Below, in pieces: positions 10,974 to 19,976 of a stretch of 64,000 nucleotides of DNA. Within the stretch, counting starts at the first letter, position 1; every line of letters starts with the position of its first letter. The stretch is from Spirochaetia bacterium (GTDB lineage Bacteria; Spirochaetota; Spirochaetia; SZUA-6; Bin103): assembly GCA_965203515.1 (NCBI GenBank), contig OZ241907.1, positions 2,624,001 through 2,688,000 of the forward strand, in the 5' to 3' direction. Position numbers and translations under genes: made by a program. The notes under the pieces are model-generated. The model ran no database searches and was not told where the DNA came from. It saw nothing but the letters and a program-made list of their open reading frames with translations.

Positions 10974-12359
10974 TCAGAGGCGGGCGGCGTCGATCGGCAG
11001 GCCGGCCGCGCTGAGGGCGTGGCCGTTGCGGCCGTGGCCGTTGTGCGGGCGCACCCTTTCGATCTCCGCGCCCAACGACCGATAGACCGTGAGGACGTCC
11101 GGATAGCGGCGGCGCAGGATGTTGGTGCCGTGGATGACGGTCTCCGCCGGATCGGCCAGCGCGGCCAGGAACAGCGCCTTCACCGACTGGATCACCTCCG
11201 GCGGCGTGACCTCGCCGCCGGTGAAGCGCGCCGGCGCCTCCGGCACCACGACCCGCTGCGAGTCGAGCACTTCGATGTCCGCCCCGAGCTGATTGAGCTG
11301 GTGGACGAAGCTCAGCCCGTGCTCGTACATCCAGTTCTGGAACAGGATGCGGCCGTGCATCTTGCAGGCCAGCGAGACCATCACCGGCAGCACGTCGGTG
11401 GGGAATCCCGGCCACGGGCGCACGGCCAGCTTGGGCAGCCCGTCCGCGGCGGACGGCAGCAGTTCCGCGTTCAGGAACAGCTCGTCGGTGCCGTCGGCGA
11501 TCAGGTCGGCGCCGTCCGGCGTGATGTCGATGCCGAACCGCTCGAACCAGTCGATCAGCCCGGTCATGATGTCCGGCAGATTGGCGCCGCGGATGCGGAT
11601 GCGGCCGCCGGTCATGCCGGCCGCGACGATGAACCCGGAAATGTCGACGTGGTCCGGGGAGGGGCGGAAGTCGACGGTCGTCGAGCGGCCGTCCATGCCG
11701 CCGGTCACGGTCACCCGATTGGTGTTGACGCCGGCGATCCGCGCCCCCAGGTCGCACAGCAGATCGAGCAGGTCGCGCACGTGCGGCTCGCAGGCGGCGT
11801 CGATGATCTCAACGGTGGTGCCGGTGCCGGCGGCGTACATGGCGATGTTCTCGGTGGCGGTGACGCTGGCCTCCGGGAGCCAGACGGCGCGGCCGGGGCG
11901 TCCCCCGCGCGGCGCGGTGAAGCGCAGGTAGCCGCCGACCTCCTCGACCGAGGCGCCGAGCGTGCGGAACGCCGCGATGTGGGTCTCCAGCGCGCGCTGC
12001 CCGAGCCGACAGCCGCCCGGCATCGGCAGTTCGGCCACGCCGAAGCGGGCCAGCAGGGGGCCGGCAAACAGCACCGGCGCCCGGAACCGGGCGCCCAGAT
12101 CGGCGTCGACCCGATACGAGGTCACGGGCCGGCAGTCGATGGTCACGTCGCTGCCGTCCTCTTCGACGACGGCTCCCCAGTGGCGGTAGATCGACAGAAA
12201 GGTCTCGACGTCGCTGGTCGCCGGCAGATCGCGAAAGCGCACCGGGCCGTTGCACATCACCGCCGCCGGCAACGCCGCCATCAGAGAGTTCTTGTTCTGG
12301 ATCGGCAGCACGGTCCCGCTCAGCGGGTGACCGCCTGCGATCCGGTAGGTCCCGTTCAT
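10974..12359 (-). CDS. murA: Divergent MurA-family enolpyruvyl transferase
   Basis: KNS, PGGCxLGxR, SVTATEN, PGFPTD; GGAGG ribosome-binding site before ATG 12359; some PEP-binding residues substituted (see findings). Confidence 0.8.
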   Translation of the reverse strand: MNGTYRIAGGHPLSGTVLPIQNKNSLMAALPAAVMCNGPVRFRDLPATSDVETFLSIYRHWGAVVEEDGSDVTIDCRPVTSYRVDADLGARFRAPVLFAGPLLARFGVAELPMPGGCRLGQRALETHIAAFRTLGASVEEVGGYLRFTAPRGGRPGRAVWLPEASVTATENIAMYAAGTGTTVEIIDAACEPHVRDLLDLLCDLGARIAGVNTNRVTVTGGMDGRSTTVDFRPSPDHVDISGFIVAAGMTGGRIRIRGANLPDIMTGLIDWFERFGIDITPDGADLIADGTDELFLNAELLPSAADGLPKLAVRPWPGFPTDVLPVMVSLACKMHGRILFQNWMYEHGLSFVHQLNQLGADIEVLDSQRVVVPEAPARFTGGEVTPPEVIQSVKALFLAALADPAETVIHGTNILRRRYPDVLTVYRSLGAEIERVRPHNGHGRNGHALSAAGLPIDAARL

Positions 12360-12630
12360 GGTGCTCCCCTCCGCAGGGTAAGCTGCCATCGTACCGTGAT
12401 TTGCGTAAACGGCGCAACGGGCGTGAGAAAGCCGGCCGGCAGCGGCGGCGGCGCCGTTGCCCTGCGCGGTCGGTCCTGAATGAAGTAGCATGTTCCCCCC
12501 TTGCGATTCATTATCGGCAGTAATCACTGCAAGCTGTTGCCCGGCATCGGCATCTCGTCGGTCGGCCGCCGGTCGATCGGCCGGCCGTCACGCGCGTAAG
12601 AACCGCCGGCGCCGGTCCATCAGCAACGCG

Positions 12631-13866
12631 ATGCCCACGCCTCCGTCATGCCGGCCTCGATCATGCCGGCTTCGGTCATGCCGGCCGAGCGCGCCGCTCG
12701 CCGTCGTCCTCGCCCTGATCCTGGCCGCCGCCGGGGTCGCGACCGCCGGCGCCGGCGGCGAGTCGGAAGCGGCCGTGCCGGCCCCGGCCGGCAGCGTCGA
12801 GCTGCTCCCGGAGGAGTCGCCGCCGCCTGGCGCAACGCGCCAGTTCAGCACCGACTTCAGCCGGCACACGGTGCCGTACGACCGGATCCTCTCCGGCGGG
12901 CCGCCCAAGGACGGCATCCCCGCGGTCGACGCGCCGCAGTACCTGTCGGTCGCCGAGGCGGACGCCTGGCTGGAGCCGCGCGAGCCGGTCGCGGTCATCG
13001 AGGCCGGCGGGCTGGTGCGCGCCTACCCGATCCAGGTGCTCACTTGGCACGAGATCGTCAACGACCGGCTCGGCGACCTGCCGGTGACCGTGACCTTCTG
13101 TCCGCTCTGCAATACCGCGATCGCCTTCGACCGGCGGTTCGACGACTTGGTGCTCGACTTCGGCACCACCGGGCTGCTGCACTACAGCAATCTCATCATG
13201 TACGACCGGCAGACCGAGACGTGGTGGCAGCAGGCGACCGGCGAGGCGATAGCCGGCGTCTACGCCGGCAGCCGGCTGCGCTACGTGCCGCTGGCGATGA
13301 TCGCCTGGGAAGACTTCAAGACCGCCTTTCCCGACGGCGACGTAGTCTCCAGCCAGACCGGCCACCGTCGCCGGTACGGCGAAAATCCGTATCAGGGCTA
13401 CGACCGGTCCGGGAACATTCCGTTCCTGTACATCGGGCCGCCCACCCCGACGGCGCTGCCGCAGATGGCGCGGGTGCTGGCCGTCGAGCTGGGCGATGAG
13501 GTGGTCGCCTATCCCTACGACCTGCTGCGCGAGCGGCGCGTCGTCAACGACCGGGTCGGCGGCGCGCCGGTGGCGGTGCTCTGGTCGGCCGGCACCGCGT
13601 CGGCGCTGGACCATCCCCTGATCGCCGCCGGCCGCGACGTGGGCGCCGCCGTCCCCTTCTCCCGTCGGGTCGATGACCGGGTGCTGGAGTTCGAGCTGCG
13701 CGACGGGCAGGTCGTCGACACCGCCACCGGCTCGACCTGGAACCATCTGGGCCGGGCGACCGCCGGCCGCCTTGCCGGCACTCAACTGACGCCGGTCGTG
13801 GGCGTGAACCACTTCTGGTTCTCCTGGGCCGCCTTCCGCCCCGACACCCGCGTCTTCGACGGCTGA
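12631..13866 (+). CDS. DUF3179 domain-containing exported protein
   Basis: Signal peptide, SGGPPKDGIPA, WHEIVND, TFCPLCNT, SNLIMYDRQTETWWQQ, HFWFSWAAFRP. Confidence 0.87.
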   Translation: MPTPPSCRPRSCRLRSCRPSAPLAVVLALILAAAGVATAGAGGESEAAVPAPAGSVELLPEESPPPGATRQFSTDFSRHTVPYDRILSGGPPKDGIPAVDAPQYLSVAEADAWLEPREPVAVIEAGGLVRAYPIQVLTWHEIVNDRLGDLPVTVTFCPLCNTAIAFDRRFDDLVLDFGTTGLLHYSNLIMYDRQTETWWQQATGEAIAGVYAGSRLRYVPLAMIAWEDFKTAFPDGDVVSSQTGHRRRYGENPYQGYDRSGNIPFLYIGPPTPTALPQMARVLAVELGDEVVAYPYDLLRERRVVNDRVGGAPVAVLWSAGTASALDHPLIAAGRDVGAAVPFSRRVDDRVLEFELRDGQVVDTATGSTWNHLGRATAGRLAGTQLTPVVGVNHFWFSWAAFRPDTRVFDG

Positions 13867-13869
13867 CGG
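13714..13869 (+). repeat. Direct repeat L (3' end of the DUF3179 gene); decayed copy at 17479-17631
   Basis: Shared blocks GTCGACACCGCCACCGGCTCG, GTCGTGGGCGTGA, GGTTCTCCTGGG, CTTCGACGGCTGACGG. Confidence 0.9.
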
Positions 13870-13933
13870 GAGCCGAGGCCAGCCGGCCATCATCCCCACA
13901 CCTGAAGCTTTAGCCTAGCCTGCGATAGCGCGC

Positions 13934-14529
13934 GTGCACGGGACCGGCGATGACTCGGTGCGCGCCGCCGAGGTCGACCGCCTGCCGGATGATCACGAGT
14001 CGAACGGCCGATACCGGCAGCGCGACGATCAGCCGACGGACTTGATACTGCTCAAGCCCACCGGCACCACTCCCGATCTGACGGCCGCGCACGAGATCGG
14101 CCATCTCATCCAACACCGAGCCGTGCCCGCGTCGCAGGCGAGCCCGGAGAGCGCAGAGCTGTCCGATGTGATCGAGCAGTCGGAACGGACTCGATCGCTG
14201 AAAGCGGCGATCGACCGCCTGCGCCGGGTGCTCGCCGATGCCGAGGCTGATGGGAAGGGGAGGATGAACTGGCGCCGATCCGCCGCAGAATGTGGATTCT
14301 CTCGTACGCAATCGAGGATCGGGAAGCGTTCGCGCGGGCGTATGCGCAGTGGATTGCGGTGCGCAGCGGGTCGGCGGCCATGCGCGGCGAGCTCGACCTG
14401 ATCCTCGGCGGCCGCGCCGGCAGCCCATTGCAGTACTGGGGGCACGACGACTTCTTGCCGGTGGCCGCCGCCTTCGATAGACTGTTCACGTCATGGGGAT
14501 GGACAGTGACTACTCCGGGCGCCCCATAA
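13934..14529 (+). pseudogene. Frameshifted, probably 5'-truncated HExxH zinc-metallopeptidase-like domain
   Basis: AAHEIGH in one frame; after the G-run at 14257-14260 it continues in the -1 frame as EDELAPIRRRMWILSYAIEDREAFARAYAQW...DDFLPVAAAFDRLF. Confidence 0.5.
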
Positions 14530-14708
14530 AGTGGCCGCCGCCCGATCCCAACGATCCGCCATTTGAACTCGACTCTCTGGCAGTGCGGATCGCCGCTGAC
14601 GGCACCGAGGTCGTGCAGATCAGTGAGGATGAATGGCATGAAGTGACGCCCAAGGGCGGAATCGGGGACCCTATCCCCGACATCGAGGCCCGCAAGCCCT
14701 TCAAGTAG
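14493..14708 (+). CDS. Small acidic, Pro-rich hypothetical protein
   Basis: 71-aa ORF overlapping the end of the HExxH ORF; protein-like composition. Confidence 0.35.
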   Translation: MGMDSDYSGRPIKWPPPDPNDPPFELDSLAVRIAADGTEVVQISEDEWHEVTPKGGIGDPIPDIEARKPFK

Positions 14709-14719
14709 CGTAACCTAAC

Positions 14720-16074
14720 CTAACGATCCTCGGGGCGGCCGAATCCGGCGCCTGCGTGGCGGTGGCGGTGATGTGCGGCGCACAGCAGTCGGAGATTGTT
14801 CGGCTCGGCGCTGCCGCCGCGGGCGTATGGCACGACGTGATCGATCTGCAGCAGGTGTTGGGAGCCGCAGCGGCGCCCGCTGGTGCGGTCCACATAGCTG
14901 CAGCGGCCCCGGTCGCGCCGCCAGACCGCGCGCTTGACCGCCGCCGGAATGGCGCGGCCGGTCCCGCCGCCCGCCTTCGCTGCCGTAGTTTGGGTCCGCG
15001 GCGGCGACGGCGCCGCCCGCTTCGCGCACGCCGCAGCCTGCCGGCCGAGGGGCCGCGTCTTCGCCGCCGAAGTGTCCGGGCGGTCCGGCTTCAGCGCCGA
15101 AGCGGCTTGGTCTCCTGGCTGCCCTGACGCCTGAGCCGATACCTTCTTCGCCGCCGAAGGAGCGGCGCTGTCCGAGCTGGCCTCCTTCGCTGCCGAAGCG
15201 GCGCCGCGCGCCGAGGCCGCCTGCGTCTTCGCCGCCGAAGTCCGCTCACCGCCTGCGGTCCGGCGCGCCTGCGGCGCGGCGCCGGTGCGCCGCCCGCGGG
15301 GCGGACGGGCCGGATCGTGGCGGTCGAGACCTTCCTGCACCAGCGCCCCATGATCTGACCTAACGTCATGTGCGGATCGACATGGGACAGGAGGCCCTTG
15401 AGCCGCTCCAAGCCGCGCCGACACTCATCGTCGATGACCGCCTTGAGCTCCCAGCGCTCGGCGCCCAGCGGGCGCACCCGATCCGCCGGCGCCGCCAGCT
15501 CCGGGTCGACCTCGGCCAGCAACCGCATCACCTGCCGGCTGCTCTTGCCGGCCGCCTGCTCCACCAGCGCCCGCCGCGCCGACCGGTCCAGCACCGGCGC
15601 CGGCTTCCGCTCCGCCGGCTGAGCCGGTCCCGGCGCCGGGCCGTCCTGCGACCGCGCGGCGTCCCCGGACCCGGCCCCGCCCGGTGCGCTGCGGGCCGCA
15701 CGCTCGCGCGTGCGCTCCTGCCGGTCGAAGGCGTTCTGCAACTGCGCGGCCGCGTTGAGCGTCATCGAGCCGTCCTGCAGGCGCTCGCGCACGCCGTCGA
15801 TGTCCGCGCAGAGCCGCATCGCCTTGAGGCGCCGCCAAGCGGCGGCGTCGCTGTAGCCGAGTTCGCGCACCGCGTAATCGAACAGGCTGGAGAATCCGCG
15901 GCGCAGATACAGCCGGCGTTTCTGTATCTCGCGCAAGTGGTCGATGACGACGACTTCGATCTGGTGTTCGATGCCGGACAGTTCCTTGGTCCGCGCCAGC
16001 AGGCGGTCGTCGGAGAGGGCGGATACGGTGGTCGTGATGGCTGCGTCGGCCGTGTCGGAACGAGTGCCGTTCAT
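14720..16074 (-). pseudogene. HNH endonuclease with DUF222-like N-terminus; single frameshift near 15345
   Basis: N-part GFSSLFDYAVRELGYS...LKGLLSH; C-part RDRGRCSY...C...IDHVVPYARGG...NLRLLCAAHH; one missing base at ATGGGGCG^CTGGTG (GQIMGR/LVQEG). Confidence 0.82.
14975..15240. repeat. Array of 7 (6 good, 1 degenerate) 14-bp palindromic units CTTCG-N4-CGAAG with unique spacers, inside the HNH gene
   Basis: Units start at 14975, 15020 (degenerate), 15059, 15089, 15146, 15185 and 15227; periods 45/39/30/57/39/42. Confidence 0.85.
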
Positions 16075-16109
16075 GGTATAAGTATAATCATGAAAAGTAA
16101 TTGAATCAA
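16075..16109 (-). promoter_or_regulatory. Sigma70-type, apparently leaderless promoter of the HNH gene
   Basis: Minus strand TTGATT (16109-16104), 17-bp spacer, TATACT (16086-16081), 6 nt, then ATG. Confidence 0.7.
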
Positions 16110-16166
16110 GTTATCCGTAACGGTTTCCCGGCGAATAGTCTCGGCAGTAGCTGGTCGGATACGCAC

Positions 16167-17369
16167 TCAGACGCACGCGTACCACGGCCGCGTGGTGTGG
16201 CCGCGGCGGCGGTGCCACCGGTCGCCGCCGTACACCAGTACGCCATACTTGGCGGCCGGGCTGCCGCGGGCGCAGAACCAGTCCAGCCCATCGTAGAGCG
16301 CACCGCTGAGCGTGAGTCCCGCCTTCATCTCCACCGGCAGCAGGCGCGCGCCGTCGTCGATCACCAGATCGACTTCGTGACCGCTGCGGTCGCGCCAGAA
16401 ATAGAGCGGCGAGCGGACGCCCCGATGGGTGAACGCCTTGAGGTATTCGCCCACCACGAAGGTCTCGAATATCGCTCCGCGATTGGCGTGCAGCGCGAGC
16501 TGCGCGGGTTCCCGTATGCGCAGCAGGTTGCACAACAGGCCGGTGTCCAGAAAGTAGAGCTTGGGACTCTTGATCACGCGCTTGGCGAAGTTGCGGTGAT
16601 GCGGCGGCAGCAGGTGCACCACGAACAGCGCCTGCAGCACGGAAAGCCAGGCGCCGGCCGTGGTGTGCGAGACGCCGCAGTCGGAGCCGAGCGAGGACAG
16701 ATTCAGAAGCTGTCCGCTGCGGCCCGCGCAGAGCAGCACGAAGCGGCGGAAGGTGTCCAGGTCGCCGACGCCGCCGAGCTCGCGCACGTCGCGTTCCACG
16801 TAGGCGGTGTAGTAGGAACCGAGCCAGTCCGCGGCGTCGAGCCGGCGGTCGTGGATGCGCGGGAACAGCCCCTGGTAGAGGACGCCATGCAGATCGAGTC
16901 CTGCCGGCGCCGGCGGGTCGCCGGCAACCGGTTCATGCGGCCGCCACGGGTCGCCGCCCGGCGCCCCGGTCAGCTCGGACAAGCCGAGCGGCAGCAGCAC
17001 GCACACCGCCGCCCGCCCGGCCAGCGTCTGGCTCACCGAGCGGGTAAGGGGGAGCTGCTGCGAGCCGGTAAGGATGTAGCGGCCGGGCGCCGGGTCCTCG
17101 TCAACCAGCGCCTGGATGTAGGACAGGAGCTCCGGCGCCCGCTGCACCTCGTCCAGAATCACCCCCGAACGGTGCGCCGCCAGCAATCCGCGCGGATCGT
17201 CCAGCGCATGATCCCTCGTGTCCGGCTCCTCCAGGTTCAGATAGGCATGGGCGGCGAACACCGACTTGGCGAGCGTCGTCTTGCCCGATTGACGCGGCCC
17301 GGTCAGAAACAGCGCCGGGAACTGGCCGGCCAACCGCCGCAGCCGGGCCTCGAGGGTGCGCCGAAACAT
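16167..17369 (-). CDS. AAA_14 ATPase with DUF4143 domain
   Basis: GPRQSGKT, ILDEVQ, LTGSQ, LAGR, YVERDV, KSPKLYFLDTGL, FE...YFWRD..GHEVDL...EMK. Confidence 0.92.
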   Translation of the reverse strand: MFRRTLEARLRRLAGQFPALFLTGPRQSGKTTLAKSVFAAHAYLNLEEPDTRDHALDDPRGLLAAHRSGVILDEVQRAPELLSYIQALVDEDPAPGRYILTGSQQLPLTRSVSQTLAGRAAVCVLLPLGLSELTGAPGGDPWRPHEPVAGDPPAPAGLDLHGVLYQGLFPRIHDRRLDAADWLGSYYTAYVERDVRELGGVGDLDTFRRFVLLCAGRSGQLLNLSSLGSDCGVSHTTAGAWLSVLQALFVVHLLPPHHRNFAKRVIKSPKLYFLDTGLLCNLLRIREPAQLALHANRGAIFETFVVGEYLKAFTHRGVRSPLYFWRDRSGHEVDLVIDDGARLLPVEMKAGLTLSGALYDGLDWFCARGSPAAKYGVLVYGGDRWHRRRGHTTRPWYACV

Positions 17370-17404
17370 GCGCTCAAGGTACCGCAGCGCAACCCGAACG
17401 GCAA

Positions 17405-17425
17405 ATTGAAAGCACGCCTTTCAAT
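17405..17425. promoter_or_regulatory. Palindromic putative operator upstream of the AAA-DUF4143 gene
   Basis: ATTGAAAG-cacgc-CTTTCAAT, i.e. TTGAA-N9-TTCAA; the same core lies at 51886-51904 upstream of the paralogue. Confidence 0.6.
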
Positions 17426-17478
17426 CAGCCAACCCGGCGGTCGGCCATCTCCGAAGACTCGCAGCCGTCACGCTGCGT

Positions 17479-17631
17479 GTCGACACCGCCACCGGCTCGG
17501 TCCGGAACCCACTGGCGGTGCGACGGCCGGACGGCTTTCCGGCACGCCACCGGCGCCGTCGTGGGCGTGAGCCACTTCCGGTTCTCCTGGGACGCCTTCC
17601 GGCCGACATCCGGGGCTTCGACGGCTGACGG
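17479..17631 (+). repeat. Decayed duplicate (L') of the DUF3179 3' end, including its stop codon
   Basis: Aligns with 13714-13869, with substitutions and small indels. Confidence 0.9.
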
Positions 17632-17702
17632 AGACGCGGAGTGGCGGGAGGGGTTGCTGAGCCGGCGGCGATCAGATATGGTCGACCGAGAGGACGGCGA
17701 GG

Positions 17703-17918
17703 ATGTTTGACGAGATCGATCGCGTATCGAAGCTGCTGTCCATCATCGAAGAGATTGAAGAGATCGAGAAACGGAAGGCCGAAAAGCCGCTACGGCACTA
17801 TCGCCCGTTGCGATACTATCGCGGCCAGAGCGACGCCAACTATAAGCTCAACCCGTCCGTCATGCGGAACAAGAATCGCCGCAGGCACGAAGGCGAGAGA
17901 CTGGATACTCTGCCTTGA
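17703..17918 (+). pseudogene. Truncated FRG-domain protein (N-terminal fragment)
   Basis: YYRGQSDANYKLNPSVMR matches the FRG signature (F/Y)RGQ...L.PS; the ORF stops before the expected QHYG.PT motif. Confidence 0.65.
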
Positions 17919-17970
17919 TGCGATGGCAGGAACGACGTTACACCCAGCCTGCGCTGTAATGGGATGAAGT

Positions 17971-18765
17971 ATGAAGATCGAAGAGGCCGAACTTCAAAGG
18001 AGACTCTCTGAACTTAAAGGAAGAGAATTTCACGTGAGTGGCGACATTAACGGTGAACCCGATGCACTAGCCGCTACATCGACGATTTCGGCTATAGTAG
18101 CAGCACTATCCATGCCCGGTTTCCAGGCCGCTGTGGGGGGATATCAGAGCGACGAGTTTATTCTGAACAGGGGAGTCGTCTTGGCGCATGTGAAACATAA
18201 GCAGACGTCGCAGGAAAAATTCTCCAGAATAATATCAGACTGTTTTGTTCTGACAATAGCTCCGAATGTGTGGTGGAACAGTAAACCACGCTTCTCCTGT
18301 CCCTGTCGATTGATCGATGGTGAGATTGACGATTACATCGTCATCAGAGTTTGCGATCGAGACAAGACATCTGACCTGTGGCCCGGAGAGCACACGTTAG
18401 GGGTGAAAGCCGTCGGTCGATGGTCGGTACATTTGATACAGCCGGATCTCGGACAGGTATCGGAATCAATCGTCTCAGATGAAATCGAGAAACCATTCGA
18501 CGAATTTATCGGAGAAGGTCATTACGTCCTACCACCTATGATCACGGGCAACAAGCCTGTAATCGCCAAGGCACAGCACAAAGGGCGTGCCGGGTTCTTA
18601 GTCCGTGCGACGTCGGTAGATGGCACCCATGAGGTCACCATATTTGACAGAAAAGGGCAGTTCTTTGAGGAAGGATCGAGAGCTGAACTTATTCCGGGGA
18701 AAGAGTATATCCTGGAGATATTCGCAGACGGCGAATGGAACGTAAGCTTCTCTGAAGGGTATTGA
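17971..18765 (+). CDS. Hypothetical protein (low-GC orphan)
   Basis: Clean 264-aa ORF with markedly A/T-richer codons than its neighbours. Confidence 0.75.
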   Translation: MKIEEAELQRRLSELKGREFHVSGDINGEPDALAATSTISAIVAALSMPGFQAAVGGYQSDEFILNRGVVLAHVKHKQTSQEKFSRIISDCFVLTIAPNVWWNSKPRFSCPCRLIDGEIDDYIVIRVCDRDKTSDLWPGEHTLGVKAVGRWSVHLIQPDLGQVSESIVSDEIEKPFDEFIGEGHYVLPPMITGNKPVIAKAQHKGRAGFLVRATSVDGTHEVTIFDRKGQFFEEGSRAELIPGKEYILEIFADGEWNVSFSEGY

Positions 18766-18859
18766 ACCTGCTCCGGGACATCGGGCGGCGCTGGCCCGCG
18801 GCTTCGTCAGCGCTTCCGCCCCGGCAGCGCCGTTGATCGCCGAGACAGCGGAGCATCGC

Positions 18860-18923
18860 GGCGCTCCTCCATGCCCGACGTCCGTCGCGTCGACCGCCGG
18901 CACACGCTCGGCGCCGGTTATGG
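18860..18923 (+). repeat. Diverged duplicate (R') of the region upstream of the nitrite/sulfite reductase gene (21480-21538)
   Basis: GGCGCTCCTCCATGCC, 16 nt, GACCGCCGGC, then GGnTATGG at both sites. Confidence 0.75.
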
Positions 18924-19099
18924 GATCGTGTCCAAGCGATAGAGCAGCCTGCGTTCTTCGCCACGAACCTGCTCCGGCTGGTCGTAGAGAGTCGCCTCGT
19001 CCGCATCCTTGGGCGGCTTGGGGTGGTCCGTGAGCTCGTATGCCGCTCGTCGTCTGCCACCGATGATATGATCGGGGACATCATGCGATCCATCAACCT

Positions 19100-19819
19100 G
19101 TGCCGCGTTGCGGGCGAGCGCGCGAGCCGGCAGGATGCTCCGCCCTGGAAGCGGCCCGTACCGCGTGGGAGGAATCGGGCAGACAGGCCGCGGGCAACGG
19201 CGCGGTGATGCGCTGCGCGCCGCTTGCCATCCGCTGGATGGACGACGATACGGCGTTGGTGCGCAACACCGTGGTGAGCGCCGCGGCGACGCACTACGAC
19301 CCGCGCTGCATCTGGTCCGCGGTGCTGGTGAACTTGGCCGTCGCTTCCCTGGTGAGCGGCGCGGCGGTCGATCCCGACGAGCTGGCGGCGCGCGCCGCCG
19401 GCGCGGCGCGGGAGCTCGGCGCGGCGCTCGCTCCGTTTGGGATTGCAGGAGACCGGCTGCAGCTCCCGGCCGAGGTCGCCGGCGCGCTTTCCGGCCTCCC
19501 GCCGGCGGCCCCGGAGGAGATCGGCCTCGACGGCGACGCCATGGGCTATACCCTGAAGGCGATGCAGGTTGCCCTGTGGTGCGCGCTCCGGGCGCCGGAC
19601 TTCGAGGAGGCAATGGTGGCGGTGGTGAGCGCCGGCGGCGATACGGACACCAACGGCGCGGTGGCGGGCGCGGTGCTCGGCGCCCGCTTCGGCTGCCGGG
19701 CAATCCCGCCCCGTTGGCGCGGCGCCGTCGCGCGCCTCCGGCCCGGCAGGCAACCGATGGAGGCGTGGGCCGATCGCCTGCTGCGGCTGTCCTGTCGCGC
19801 GCCCGGCGAGCGGCACTAA
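19100..19819 (+). pseudogene. ADP-ribosylglycohydrolase, 5'-truncated
   Basis: AGNGAVMRCAP, ATHYDP, GGDTDTNGAVAGAVLGA; the N-terminal GDALG and TDD motifs are absent. Confidence 0.8.
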
Positions 19820-19976
19820 GTCGAACGCCCTGCGGGCGAGCGGCTTGGCGACGCGCGCGGGTCCAGAGTAGGCACCGAGCGCATTTCCAAAATGTAGGTA
19901 AGCGCCGGTGACGTCAATCCCGGTCACCGAGCGCGCGGTTGCGCGACCGGCGCGGCCCGCGTACCGTGGGCGGGCC

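Noticed and set aside
12390..12630. Possible ncRNA or riboswitch in the murA-DUF3179 intergenic region
   Set aside because: Somewhat AT-richer, but no recognisable conserved motif or convincing structure; would need an Rfam scan
14975..15240. CRISPR array
   Set aside because: Repeats are only 14 bp, spacer lengths vary widely, the array is in frame within a CDS, and there are no cas genes; kept as a non-CRISPR finding
13714..17631. L/L' pair as a diversity-generating retroelement VR/TR
   Set aside because: Differences are not adenine-specific, include indels, and no reverse transcriptase is in the window
17898..18938. Two truncated ORFs on opposite strands both ending RLDT(L/I)P*, suggesting terminal inverted repeats around the orphan gene
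   Set aside because: Only about 11/18 nucleotide identity, no target duplication or transposase; probably chance
18918..19110. Minus-strand EERRLLY as a UvrD helicase motif VI fragment
   Set aside because: Lacks the following VAxTRA and any other helicase motif
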